A stretch of 64,000 nucleotides of DNA from Anaerolineales bacterium (GTDB lineage: Bacteria > Chloroflexota > Anaerolineae > Anaerolineales > E44-bin32): NCBI GenBank assembly GCA_040899905.1, contig JBBDZX010000005.1, positions 629,722 through 693,721 on the forward strand. The letters run 5' to 3'. Made by a program: the position numbers and the translations under genes. Every line of letters starts with the position of its first letter. Position 1 is the stretch's first letter. Below the pieces are notes generated by a model. That model searched no databases. It saw only the letters and a program-made list of their open reading frames with translations, and had not been told where the DNA came from. Below, piece after piece: positions 19,365-29,221 of this stretch.

Positions 19365-21815
19365 ATGCCCAGCCTCTCCCCCGCAGCGCGAATCACCACC
19401 ACCGGCTCCGCTGTCGTGCTGGCGGCCGCGGCGCTGATCGCCTCTGCGGGCGGTGAGGCATCCGGCGGGGCCCCGGCCGACCGCCATGCCGCTGGCGCTG
19501 GTCGCGGCACAGCCACGAAGATAGTCCTCTTCGCCGATTCGTTCAATCGACCCAACAGCGAGACCATCGGCAACGGCTGGATCGAGAACGAGGCGCGCGG
19601 CGCCCGCGGCGCCATCGAAGACCAGCGGCTGTGCTTCGTTGAAACGACGGATCTGGCCGTGCGTCCGCAGGTCCTGCACGGCTTCGAAGGCGGGGAGGAC
19701 GGCCTGCTGGAGTGGAGGTTCGAGTTCGATTGGGCCCGAATCGGGCCGGACCCGTCCTACCTTCTATTCCTGCAACTCGGCGACGGAAGCTTGATGGATC
19801 CCAACGACCCCCATCGCGGCATCGCCATCAACCTGGTGTGGACCGCGGTCGATGGGGTGCACGAGACCCTCGCCTCCTACCACGCCGGGACGGCAGTCCC
19901 CCTCACCGTTCTCAGCGGCCAGGCTTCCGTGGTGGTGGTTGTCGATCCGGCGTCCGGCACGTACGAGGTCCGCGTCGATCGAACAACCGTTGGCAATGGC
20001 ATTCCTTTCCAGCAAGTCGTGGCCCTAAACACCATCCGCGTTCTCACCAGCCAGTTGGAAGGGGCCAACTTCCAGGGCCGCTGCTTTGACTCCCTAGCGG
20101 TCAGCCGCCGCGAAGGCACCGGACCGTCCCGCCCGACCCCCACGGCTACGTCCCCTGGTCCGACCGCCAGTCCCCTCAATCCCTCGGCGACCCCTTCTCC
20201 AACCCCCGGTGCGACGTCGACGCCGCAGCCCACGCCGACCTCAACCTCTCCCGCAGCGCCATCCCCCACCTCCAGCCCGACCGGGATTGCCACCCCCACG
20301 TCGCTCCCCGGCACCTACTCCCAATGGTCACGGGTGGAGGTCGCGCTGCGGGGACCTGCATCTGTCGGGATGGGCGACACCGTCAATCCTTTCGCGATCT
20401 TCGTCGATGTTGCCTTCACCGCTCCTGACGGAACCCTCTTCTTGGTGCCAGCCTTCTACGATGGGGACGGCCTGGGTGGGATGGATGGCGATGTGTGGGT
20501 TGCCAGACTCTCCCCCTCCCAGGCCGGCATGTGGAGCTATCGCACGGAGAGTCTCGAGCCGCTTCTCGACGGCCACGAGGGGACTTTCGAAGTGCTGGCT
20601 CCCTCTGGCTGCTCGCCGTACTTGGCGGGCGGCCTGCCCGACTTTGGCTGCCTGGGAAGGCTTTCCTACACGGGGGGTCACTTTCTCCAGTTCGCGGCGG
20701 GCCCGTATTGGCTAAAGGGAGGGGTCGACGATCCCGAGGACTTCCTCGCCCCGGGGAACACCGTCGGCTTCGCCTCCCGGCAGGAGGCCATCGAGTTCCT
20801 CGCGAGCTATCGGGTGAACTCGCTCTACATGCTGCTGCACAACGTCGGCGGAGATGCCAAGAACGTCTGGCCGTGGGCGGGAAGCACGCAAGCAGAAGCC
20901 CAGGCCTATCATGAGCATTTCAATGTGGCTAAGCTTGCGGAGTGGGAGGAGGTCTTCAGCTACCTGCAGGCGAAGGGGATCGTGCTCCATCTGGTCCTGG
21001 AAGACGACTCGGCCTGGACCGGTTTCAACCGGGGGATGTACTACCGGGAGATGGTGGCGCGCTTTGGGCATCATCCGGGGCTGATCTGGAACCTGGCCGA
21101 AGAGTACAACGAAACCTACAGCCCCAGCCAGATCCAGACCTTCGCCGGCCAGCTGCTGTCCCTCGACCCCTACGACCACCCCATCACGGTTCATCACGCC
21201 GGGGGCCTGAGTTCATGGACTCCGTTCGTCGGTCATCCCGACTTCGCCTTGACCAGCTTCCAGACCAGCGACGTGCCCCAGAATGCCGCCGCCGAATCGT
21301 GGTTCTCCACCGTGCAGGACTCCGGCCGGCCGATCCCCATTTCCTTTGACGAGACGGGCAAGCTGAGCGCGAGCGAGAGGGACCTGGCACGCCACATCGT
21401 GTGGTCGGTTTACCTGGGCGGCGGCAACTTCGAGCTGCACGCCTCGCCCCTCTCCAGCTACCAGGATTTTGCCCTGCACTTCGAAGACTTGGGGCGGGCG
21501 CGAACGTTCATGGAGGGTTTGCCATTCTGCGAAATGCGCCCCATGAACGGCCGGCTGCTCAGTGGACTCGGTTACGTGGCTGGCCGAGCGGAAGATGTCC
21601 TGGCGGTGTACCTGCCGAGCGGTGGAACCATAGAGCTGGATCTGCAGACAACCAGCGGATGGTTCCACGGAACCTGGTTCGAGCCCTCCAGCGGGAACAC
21701 CTCCGCTGCGTTTCCCGCCGACGGAGGAGGCATACTGAGCCTCACCTCACCCTTCTCCGGAGAATCGGCCCTCGCGCTCGTCGGGGATCTTGCCGACGTC
21801 TCAACCTGTCGCTAG
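19365..21815 (+). CDS. secreted multidomain protein: lectin-like N-domain, PT linker, DUF5060-like beta-sandwich and a glycoside-hydrolase-like TIM barrel
   Basis: ATG after GAGGAAG. The PT-rich linker spans 20.1-20.3 kb. VEVALRGP...FIVDVAFTAPDG...AFYDGDG...WVARLSP...GMWSY is DUF5060-like. LIWNLAEEYNETYS...HPITVHH is paralogous to the 17323 gene. Confidence 0.8.
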   Translation: MPSLSPAARITTTGSAVVLAAAALIASAGGEASGGAPADRHAAGAGRGTATKIVLFADSFNRPNSETIGNGWIENEARGARGAIEDQRLCFVETTDLAVRPQVLHGFEGGEDGLLEWRFEFDWARIGPDPSYLLFLQLGDGSLMDPNDPHRGIAINLVWTAVDGVHETLASYHAGTAVPLTVLSGQASVVVVVDPASGTYEVRVDRTTVGNGIPFQQVVALNTIRVLTSQLEGANFQGRCFDSLAVSRREGTGPSRPTPTATSPGPTASPLNPSATPSPTPGATSTPQPTPTSTSPAAPSPTSSPTGIATPTSLPGTYSQWSRVEVALRGPASVGMGDTVNPFAIFVDVAFTAPDGTLFLVPAFYDGDGLGGMDGDVWVARLSPSQAGMWSYRTESLEPLLDGHEGTFEVLAPSGCSPYLAGGLPDFGCLGRLSYTGGHFLQFAAGPYWLKGGVDDPEDFLAPGNTVGFASRQEAIEFLASYRVNSLYMLLHNVGGDAKNVWPWAGSTQAEAQAYHEHFNVAKLAEWEEVFSYLQAKGIVLHLVLEDDSAWTGFNRGMYYREMVARFGHHPGLIWNLAEEYNETYSPSQIQTFAGQLLSLDPYDHPITVHHAGGLSSWTPFVGHPDFALTSFQTSDVPQNAAAESWFSTVQDSGRPIPISFDETGKLSASERDLARHIVWSVYLGGGNFELHASPLSSYQDFALHFEDLGRARTFMEGLPFCEMRPMNGRLLSGLGYVAGRAEDVLAVYLPSGGTIELDLQTTSGWFHGTWFEPSSGNTSAAFPADGGGILSLTSPFSGESALALVGDLADVSTCR

Positions 21816-21847
21816 GCCGACGAAACGGCAGTGGCCCGCCAGCACAC

Positions 21848-23209
21848 TCATGAGTCATTTGCCGCGGGTTCGAACAGGTACACGCGCATTTTGAAGAGGC
21901 GCGCTTGGAAGCGGACGTCCAGACTGGCGATCAGCCGGGCGTGCTCCAGGATCCAATCCCGCTGGTCTGGCCATTTCTGCTCTACGTTCGAGTCTTCCAC
22001 GAACCATGCCCGGCTTCCCGATGCGACCAGCTCCACGGGGTCGAGTCGTCCGAGCCCGCGGTAACCCTCGCCCAGGTAGTATTCCGCTAACTCCAGACTG
22101 GGGGTGTACACCAGGTCCCCAGGCTTCCGTTCGCGCCGAATAATCTCGAAGGCTCCTTTCCAGTCGTCGCGATTTCCGTTCTGGTAGAGGAAGTAGAGCG
22201 CGTTCTCGCTCAAGGGCGTGGCGACCACGACCGCGACCACTGCCAGGCTCAGGATCCGGGATCGGTCCCACAACGATGCAGCGACCCGGTGGAGCCCCCA
22301 GGCTCCCAAGACCAACCAGCTGCCGAGAGCCACGAAGGCGTACCGATTGGCGGAATACTGAAGCATAGCCGCCACAGCCGCCCCCACCCACGGAACCCAG
22401 GCGTTGAGCCCGAACAACAAACCCGGCCGAGACCCCTCCCGCACGAGCACAGCCATGGCAGCCACGGCGAGGCAGACCACGGCCAAGTCGGTATAGCGTG
22501 CGGTGCCCGCCAGGATCCACAGCGGGTCGGCATTCAGCCATCCGAAGGCCTGTTCCCTCTGGGCTGGATCGACTACTGCGGGGAATGCTGTCAGTAGCCC
22601 CGCGGAAAGCAGGGTCGCTGGAAAGAGAAAGGCGGCGACGTTCCTCACCCGAAGGCCGGGCGGCCGCCGGAACCTCCGGCCTGCCATGAGCAGAACGGAG
22701 AGGTAGCCTCCGACCACCGGGAGCAGGAATAGAGCCAACGGCCTCTCTAGAACCCCCAACCCGAGGAAGATTGCCGCGACCAGCAGGTCGGCCGGGCGGT
22801 TCTCCTCCAGCCCGCGGTAGAAGTAGAAGAGGGCCAGTGTGTGGAAAAGAAGCAGGAACGCGTAGAAGCGGGCGTTCTGGGACCAGTAGAGGTGCCACGG
22901 GGAAAGCGCCAGGAGCCCCGCGCTGATCAGTCCCACCGGATTCCCGAAGATTCTCCGCGCCACCAAGTACAGGACGGGAACGGTAACCACCCCGGCGATC
23001 ACTGAAGGCAACCGGGCGACCCACTCGGCATCCCCTAGGTTCCACAAGGCCCACTGGGTCAATAGGAGGGAGACGGATCGACGCAGGATCGGCAACTCAG
23101 CAAGGTCTCGTGCTCGGTAGTAGGTAATCGCTTCATCGATCCAGAAACTCCACTCTCCCAGCCTGTACAACCGCAAGCCGGCGGCCACGACGGTGAAGAT
23201 AGGGATCAT
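21848..23209 (-). CDS. GT39/PMT_2-family (ArnT-like) membrane glycosyltransferase
   Basis: It is multi-TM, and RLYRLGEWSFWIDEAITYY carries the DE motif in the first loop. The upstream in-frame ATG at 23329 would overlap the hydrolase gene, so 23209 is preferred. Confidence 0.8.
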   Translation of the reverse strand: MIPIFTVVAAGLRLYRLGEWSFWIDEAITYYRARDLAELPILRRSVSLLLTQWALWNLGDAEWVARLPSVIAGVVTVPVLYLVARRIFGNPVGLISAGLLALSPWHLYWSQNARFYAFLLLFHTLALFYFYRGLEENRPADLLVAAIFLGLGVLERPLALFLLPVVGGYLSVLLMAGRRFRRPPGLRVRNVAAFLFPATLLSAGLLTAFPAVVDPAQREQAFGWLNADPLWILAGTARYTDLAVVCLAVAAMAVLVREGSRPGLLFGLNAWVPWVGAAVAAMLQYSANRYAFVALGSWLVLGAWGLHRVAASLWDRSRILSLAVVAVVVATPLSENALYFLYQNGNRDDWKGAFEIIRRERKPGDLVYTPSLELAEYYLGEGYRGLGRLDPVELVASGSRAWFVEDSNVEQKWPDQRDWILEHARLIASLDVRFQARLFKMRVYLFEPAANDS

Positions 23210-23265
23210 CAGCAGCTCAGTCTTCCGCAATGGGGCCGCCGCCTCCGCCCTGGCGGGCCCTGGCG

Positions 23266-24147
23266 TCACGCCGGATCTCGGGGTATGTGCTGACGGATGC
23301 TCCACAGCAGCAGCCCGACGGGAACCCACGATGTCGTCAACCGGACCACCGGGGGAAGGAATTCCCCCTCAGTGCCGTACATATGGTCCGAGATGGGGAC
23401 GGTCTCCCATCGGACCATCGGAGAACACTCTTCGGGAATCTCAACCTCCGCACGTCGTAGACTATCGGGCAGCTCGAAGGCACCGAAGACCAATACGGTG
23501 GGGGATTGCGGAGAGGGGCGGAAGAGCTCCTCAGGTACAAACCCCTGCCCCTCCTCGGCGATGGACGATTCGGGCACCCGGATGCCCATGGCCGCGCTCA
23601 GCTTGGCCGCATAGGCCCGGCGAGAGGCCGAATCGGCCAAGGAGGCCCGGAAATCCCCCGGTCCAATCGAGATCACGGCCCGGTACGGGCGGGATTGACC
23701 GGCCCGGAGCACCTGCAGGGCTCCTAGGGAGTGCCCCATGAGGACAATCTCCTCCTCGCACACACCGTATTCGGCCCTCAGGTATTCCACCGCGGCTTCG
23801 ATGTCGCCCGTCCGGTCCAGAATGCGGTCGGCCGACTCCAGGCCTTCCGCGGAGGAATTCCCGAAGCCCCGCATGTCAATGGCCAGGACCGAGGCATTCG
23901 ACGGGAGATGGCTGACGATGCGTTGGTAGAGCAAGTGGGCTTGCCCCTCGGCTCGGTTGCCGTGCACAAACACTACCCACGCCGCTGACGGACCTTCAGC
24001 CTCCGAGAGATAGCCGGCAAGGACGTATCCCTCGGCCGGAATGGCCACCGTGCCGAATCGGCGGCCGTGCGTGGCCCAGACCAGGGGCGCGGTCACGAGG
24101 CTGAGCCCCAGTGCTGTCACCAACCCCCATCGGATGGAGTCGCGCAT
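23266..24147 (-). CDS. alpha/beta-fold hydrolase with N-terminal membrane anchor
   Basis: VVFVHGN and the nucleophile elbow GHSLGA. The TM segment is WGLVTALGLSLVTAPLVW. Confidence 0.8.
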   Translation of the reverse strand: MRDSIRWGLVTALGLSLVTAPLVWATHGRRFGTVAIPAEGYVLAGYLSEAEGPSAAWVVFVHGNRAEGQAHLLYQRIVSHLPSNASVLAIDMRGFGNSSAEGLESADRILDRTGDIEAAVEYLRAEYGVCEEEIVLMGHSLGALQVLRAGQSRPYRAVISIGPGDFRASLADSASRRAYAAKLSAAMGIRVPESSIAEEGQGFVPEELFRPSPQSPTVLVFGAFELPDSLRRAEVEIPEECSPMVRWETVPISDHMYGTEGEFLPPVVRLTTSWVPVGLLLWSIRQHIPRDPA

Positions 24148-24279
24148 TCCTTTGTGCACAGTACTCCGCCGCTCAGCCTCGGCCCCTCGGCCGAGGCGCC
24201 CGCCCAGAGCCACCTTGCTCATTGCGGGCAAGCGTCGCAGATAGATCCCCCCGCCATGCACGGCCCCGCGCGCCGCGGC

Positions 24280-25110
24280 CTAAGCTTTCCTTCCTACGCC
24301 GATGATGTACAGGCAATCACGCCTTGTCCCCTCCACGATCTCAAATCCTTCGGCGATGAAATCTTCGACCCTCACGCCGGTCATACGCTCGCGGACGAAG
24401 TTTCGCCAACGGACGGGGACCTTGTGCTTCACGCCCCACCGCACCAGAAGGCGCTCGACCCAGCGCGCCGGGTCATGGCTCAGGTAGAGTGCCGCCCGGC
24501 TCCGCATGCACTCCGCGAACAGCTGAACATGCGCGAAGTGCCGTCCCAGCTCCCGCTGGAACTCCGCCGCCTGGAACTCCTGGTAGTGGTGGCGGTTCAG
24601 CGGGGCACCGTCGCTTCCCGAGAACGCCACCTCGGCGTTGGTGGTGGCACACACAAACGTCCCGCCCGCCCTGAGCGCCCGGTAGGCCCCGTCCAGAAAG
24701 GCGCGGTAGTTCCGCAGGTGCTCCACCAACTCGTTGCACACCACAACATCGAACGCGGCGGGCGGAAAGGACATCGCCTCACAATCCATGAGCTCGAAGG
24801 TGAGGTTCGGCGCGGGATACCGGCGCCGCGCGTGTGCAAGCAGGTCGGGTTTGATGTCGATCCCCATCACCTGGGCGGCACGCTCTGCCAGGATCGCACT
24901 TCCGAAGCCCTCCCCACATCCGGCATCGAGGACCGACTTTCCTCCCACCCACCGCCCTGCCCAGCGGTAGAACTCCTGGTGGATCGCCACCATATACTGG
25001 TTCGACCCCTCGTGGCCAGGCACGAGGAAGTCGATGTTGTCAAAGAACTTCCGCAGGGGCCGGAAGTCAATCCGGCCGAGATTCTCGCCGTTTCCCCGCA
25101 AGAAAGACAC
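24280..25110 (-). CDS. class I SAM-dependent methyltransferase
   Basis: VLDAGCGEGFGS (motif I), MGIDI and VVCNELVEHL. The start is uncertain (GTG at 25110). Confidence 0.85.
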   Translation of the reverse strand: MSFLRGNGENLGRIDFRPLRKFFDNIDFLVPGHEGSNQYMVAIHQEFYRWAGRWVGGKSVLDAGCGEGFGSAILAERAAQVMGIDIKPDLLAHARRRYPAPNLTFELMDCEAMSFPPAAFDVVVCNELVEHLRNYRAFLDGAYRALRAGGTFVCATTNAEVAFSGSDGAPLNRHHYQEFQAAEFQRELGRHFAHVQLFAECMRSRAALYLSHDPARWVERLLVRWGVKHKVPVRWRNFVRERMTGVRVEDFIAEGFEIVEGTRRDCLYIIGVGRKA

Positions 25111-26185
25111 CTCCTCCGATCAGCGAGATCAACAATATCATTACCGAAGCGAGCAACCCCAGGGCCAGGCTGTCGCTCGCCGGCATATCCACCCTCAACG
25201 CTCCGGTCAGCATGACCAGGGTGCCCTCCCTGACTCCTATACCGTTGATCGTCACCGGCAGCACCGTGGCGATGGCCACCAAGGGCACGACGACAAGATA
25301 GTGCCATCCGGACAAGGGTAGTCCCAGCCCGCGTCCCAGGCAGTAGTAGAAGCCTACCCCGACGAGCTGCACCCCACACGACAGCAAGAAGGCCCTCGAC
25401 CGCAGCCAACCCGCCTGGTGGAGGAGACGAATCCCCTCCAGCACCTTGCGCCGGAGCGGCGCCACTCTCCATACGCGAATCGAGGCCAGCCGACGGTCAA
25501 TCCCGCCATAGACCCGGGGGTGGAGCACGATCGGGCTACTGCATAGACCAGCCAGAAGGCACAGCATGAACAGGAGGTTCCCGTCCCACGCGGGCCCGCC
25601 GCGCACGATGAGCAACACCAGGGCCGGAAACGACACAAACCCGAGGGCGATCAGCCCTAGGAACCGCTCCAGAAAAACGAGGAACAGAGATTGCCGGTAG
25701 AACTTCGAGTCGTCCAGGATCCAGTATCCCCGATAGAAGTCTCCCCCCAGGCTCGAGGGCAGGAAGCTGTTGAAGAACTGGCCGATGAAGATACCTCGCA
25801 CCAGGACGCCCAGCGGCGCCGAGAAGCCGAAAATAGCCAGTGTGGCGGACCACCGCATGGCCCAGACCACCTTGCCGACTAGCTGCACGGCGAGGGCCAA
25901 CCCCAACCAGATCAGGCTCACTTGGGCGATCGTCTGGCCTACGCGACCCAAGTCCGCCTTCGACAGAAGGACCGCCATGACGCCCACGCTCACCCCCACG
26001 CGAAGCACGGGGCCGACGATCCGGCCGACGGGCTTGGCGCTCCGGCCCACAACCAACTCGGCGCCTTCGCCCCGTTCGCGGTGGCTCGGGCCCACGCCGA
26101 TGGTATCGCGCCGCAGTCCGGGTAGCGGGGAGAGCGCCGGTGACGTCGATCGTCCTCGTCCCGGGATCGCCAAACGCCTCGCCAT
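25067..26185 (-). CDS. UPF0104 / lysylphosphatidylglycerol-synthase-TM-like 'flippase-like' membrane protein
   Basis: It is multi-TM with FNSFLPSSLGGDFYRGYW. The ATG at 26185 lies 10 nt after the upstream stop. Confidence 0.8.
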   Translation of the reverse strand: MARRLAIPGRGRSTSPALSPLPGLRRDTIGVGPSHRERGEGAELVVGRSAKPVGRIVGPVLRVGVSVGVMAVLLSKADLGRVGQTIAQVSLIWLGLALAVQLVGKVVWAMRWSATLAIFGFSAPLGVLVRGIFIGQFFNSFLPSSLGGDFYRGYWILDDSKFYRQSLFLVFLERFLGLIALGFVSFPALVLLIVRGGPAWDGNLLFMLCLLAGLCSSPIVLHPRVYGGIDRRLASIRVWRVAPLRRKVLEGIRLLHQAGWLRSRAFLLSCGVQLVGVGFYYCLGRGLGLPLSGWHYLVVVPLVAIATVLPVTINGIGVREGTLVMLTGALRVDMPASDSLALGLLASVMILLISLIGGGVFLAGKRRESRPD

Positions 26186-26195
26186 GATTTTCTGG

Positions 26196-28052
26196 CTACC
26201 TCCCAACCTGGGCTGGCCGCGAGGTAACTCCCGGCACGGGGACGACAGGGTGGGAGATTCCCTGAGGGTGCCGAATGAGGTGATCCCCGATCGCCAGGTA
26301 ATCGAGGTTCCCGGCCAGGAACGCCCGGACGCAGTCTTCGGCACTGCACACGATCGGTTCCTCATGTATGTTGAAGCTGGTATTGATGATTGCCGGGAGT
26401 CCGGTCCGCTCGTAGAAGGCCTGGATCAACCGATAGAAGCTCGGGTTCCGATCCTGGCGGACGAGGTGGGGCCGGGCCGTCCCGTCCAGATGGACCACGC
26501 CGTGCATTCGCTGTCGCATCCAAGGCGTGCAATGGAAGGTGGTCGTCATGAACTCGGCGGTGTGCTCCGCTCCGGCCACGGCCTCGAAGCATTGCTCGCG
26601 GGCGTCGTACAACATGGACGGCGCGAAGGGCATGAACTCCGTCCGGCGGAGGTTATTGTTCAGCCAGTCGTTCACGCTCCGATCCGTCGGCTGGTAGAGA
26701 ATCGATCGATTCCCCAGGGCGCGCGGGCCGTATTCCATCCGTCCCGCGGCCCGGGCCACGACGCAGCCCCCCACCAACAGGTCGGCGATGGTGTCCTCGA
26801 GGCCGGCCTCCAGCGGCTCCGGCCGCAGGTCGTGGCGCCGCAGGCATTCGGCGACCTCGGCTCGGTCAAGGTCGCGCCCTAAGTAGACCGCCGACAGCGG
26901 TTCTTGCACCGTCGGCATCGGCGCCGCCAGCGTTCCCGGGACGCTCGCCGCCAGGGCGGCGCCGACTGCCAGGCCGCCGTCGCTCATGTGGGGATGGACA
27001 AACATCCGCTCCACCTCGGGGAGCCGATGGACCTCCTCATTCACCCGAACGTTGGAGAACACCCCGCCGGCCAGGGCCACATCCCGCAGTCCGCTGCGGC
27101 GGGCCCAGTGGCCGACGAAGCTTCGCACGACATTTTCGAAGTGGTGCTGCACACTGGCGGCAAGATCCTCGCGCCTCCAACCGCGTGGCAGGCGGCGCTC
27201 CAGCTCATGGACCGCGCTGTGAAAGGCCACGCGGCCCCGGTTAACGAACGTACCGCCCTCGAAGTCGATGAACGACTTCAGCAGATCTACGTACTTCGGC
27301 TCCCCGTAGGCCGCCAGGCCCGTGATCTTGCCCTCGTGCTTCATCGCTTTGAAGCCGCAGATCTTCGTCACGTAGGCGTAGTAGTTGCCCAGGGAGTGGT
27401 AGGCGGACACCTCGTGGAGGAGCTCCGGACGCCCGCCGCGATACGCATACACCACCGCGCTGCGGCCGTCGCCGCCTCCGTCCACCGAGAACACCAAGGC
27501 GTCACGAAAGCCACTGGTGAAGTAGGCTGAGGTCACGTGGGCGAAGTGGTGGTCCACGAACTGGATCGTGCAGGCGATGCCGAACTCCTCCTGCAGGATG
27601 CGGCGGATGGCGCGCCGCCTCTGGCGGAAGCTGGGCTCGAGCAGCGCGTAGTAGCCCGACTCCAGGACCGGCAGCCGCTGGCGGAACTTCGCCAGCCGCC
27701 CGGCGGCCTTCTTCAAGAACCGTCCGGAGCCATTGCCGCTGTCTTCCAACCATCCCACGAAGGGCTGGAGGGTATCGACGAACACACTGTCCGTGCCGGC
27801 CACGAGAACCGCATCGAGTTCCCCGACTTCCGTGCCGCTCAGGTCGAGGACTTCACGGATCGACAGACGGGGAAAGCCGACTACCAGCTTCAAGCGAGAC
27901 AGCCGTTCCTCGTTGACCGCGGCCAGAATCCGTCCATCCTGAACCACGGCTGCGCCGCTGTCGCCTTCGGTTGTGATGCCAAGGATTTTCACAGGATATC
28001 CACAAGGGGAGATCCGGGGAAGGCGGATCTCACGACCCGCCTCCCCCGGCAT
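26196..28052 (-). CDS. NodU/CmcH-family carbamoyltransferase
   Basis: KILGITTEGDSGAAVVQDGRILAAVNEERLSRLK is followed by a conserved C-terminal domain. An alternative GTG start lies at 27992. Confidence 0.9.
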   Translation of the reverse strand: MPGEAGREIRLPRISPCGYPVKILGITTEGDSGAAVVQDGRILAAVNEERLSRLKLVVGFPRLSIREVLDLSGTEVGELDAVLVAGTDSVFVDTLQPFVGWLEDSGNGSGRFLKKAAGRLAKFRQRLPVLESGYYALLEPSFRQRRRAIRRILQEEFGIACTIQFVDHHFAHVTSAYFTSGFRDALVFSVDGGGDGRSAVVYAYRGGRPELLHEVSAYHSLGNYYAYVTKICGFKAMKHEGKITGLAAYGEPKYVDLLKSFIDFEGGTFVNRGRVAFHSAVHELERRLPRGWRREDLAASVQHHFENVVRSFVGHWARRSGLRDVALAGGVFSNVRVNEEVHRLPEVERMFVHPHMSDGGLAVGAALAASVPGTLAAPMPTVQEPLSAVYLGRDLDRAEVAECLRRHDLRPEPLEAGLEDTIADLLVGGCVVARAAGRMEYGPRALGNRSILYQPTDRSVNDWLNNNLRRTEFMPFAPSMLYDAREQCFEAVAGAEHTAEFMTTTFHCTPWMRQRMHGVVHLDGTARPHLVRQDRNPSFYRLIQAFYERTGLPAIINTSFNIHEEPIVCSAEDCVRAFLAGNLDYLAIGDHLIRHPQGISHPVVPVPGVTSRPAQVGR

Positions 28053-28067
28053 CGCTCGGGTGCCGCG

Positions 28068-29105
28068 TCAGTCGCAGAACGGGCTGCCGAGGTTGTTGAA
28101 TCCGTCGAGTTGCTCCGCCAGGCTGACCATGGTTTCCTTGTCGAGGGAGGCCAGGGCATCGTTCACCTGGTCGATGACCTCGCCGGTCGTCAACGGATAG
28201 TCGACGTCCGACGATTCCGAGTTGAGCAGAGCCGCCACCGCAGCCCGGAGGAGGATCTGGGCTCCGCCTTCAGCCCCCTGTCCACCACCGTACTGCAGAG
28301 CCATAAGCAGGCTGTCGTCGGCCAGGGCGCTCAGGTCTGCCGGAACGCTGAACACACTGCCGACCGTCTGATCGGGGGTGTAGGTCGTCCACGCTTCAGG
28401 GTGATTCTTCCAGAACCCGGGCGTGCAACCCTGTCCGCCGTCTTCCTCTTCGGCGGTGATCTCGATGTTGTCCACCGCCGCCGATCCGCCCAGAAAGATC
28501 CTCATGAAGTCGCCGGAGAGACCGACGGCCACGTCGGCCCGTCCGCCGTCGCCGGTCACGGGCAGCGGGACGGTGCCCTGGGACGCGCCTCCCAGGAAGA
28601 CCTCGATGAAGCCTCCTGGCTCATCCCTCTCGACATCCAGAATGGTGAGCTGATCAATGGTCACGACTCCCGGACCCCAGCCCGAAAAGTCGAAATCCCA
28701 GTAGGCACCCGCCACGTCCGCGTCGTCGGGGCGGTCGAGCAGGCCGTCGGCCGGATCCTCGTCCCGCAGGTTCTCTGCAATGATCAGCACCAGCCCAAGA
28801 TCCGGCTGGAAGAGATCGTCATCGCCGCCCGTGCACCCTCCGGTGCAAGTGGCGTCGAAGATGGCGGCCGTATTCGATGCGGGGATTTCCGGATTGAACC
28901 CGAACACGGCGACCGAGCCGCCGGCGTCGTCGCCGGAGATTCCGGCACCGGCACTTACAAGGCCGACGATCATGCCCTCCGCCAGGGCCTCAAAGTCGAT
29001 GGTGGAGGAAGAACTGGCAAATGCAGTGGAGACTGGCGCCAGGGCCGCCAGGACGATCAACCCAACCAGCAGCGGCCGGCCAGGATACGAAGTGTTGCGA
29101 GTCAC
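28068..29105 (-). CDS. secreted hypothetical protein, 345 aa
   Basis: It has a signal peptide (LLVGLIVLAALAPVSTAFA), an Asp/Gly-rich body, and a C-terminal module starting QGCTPGFWKNHPEAW and ending ...GSPFCD. Confidence 0.75.
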   Translation of the reverse strand: MTRNTSYPGRPLLVGLIVLAALAPVSTAFASSSSTIDFEALAEGMIVGLVSAGAGISGDDAGGSVAVFGFNPEIPASNTAAIFDATCTGGCTGGDDDLFQPDLGLVLIIAENLRDEDPADGLLDRPDDADVAGAYWDFDFSGWGPGVVTIDQLTILDVERDEPGGFIEVFLGGASQGTVPLPVTGDGGRADVAVGLSGDFMRIFLGGSAAVDNIEITAEEEDGGQGCTPGFWKNHPEAWTTYTPDQTVGSVFSVPADLSALADDSLLMALQYGGGQGAEGGAQILLRAAVAALLNSESSDVDYPLTTGEVIDQVNDALASLDKETMVSLAEQLDGFNNLGSPFCD

Positions 29106-29221
29106 GTTGGCCTCCTATGGCAATCGATTCCTACTCACCGATCTGTCGGTAGGTCTTTCCCAGGTCGATTTCGGCTCCTCACCTCTCTGTGTCCTTCGCA
29201 AACCTCCGGTCCACACTGCGT

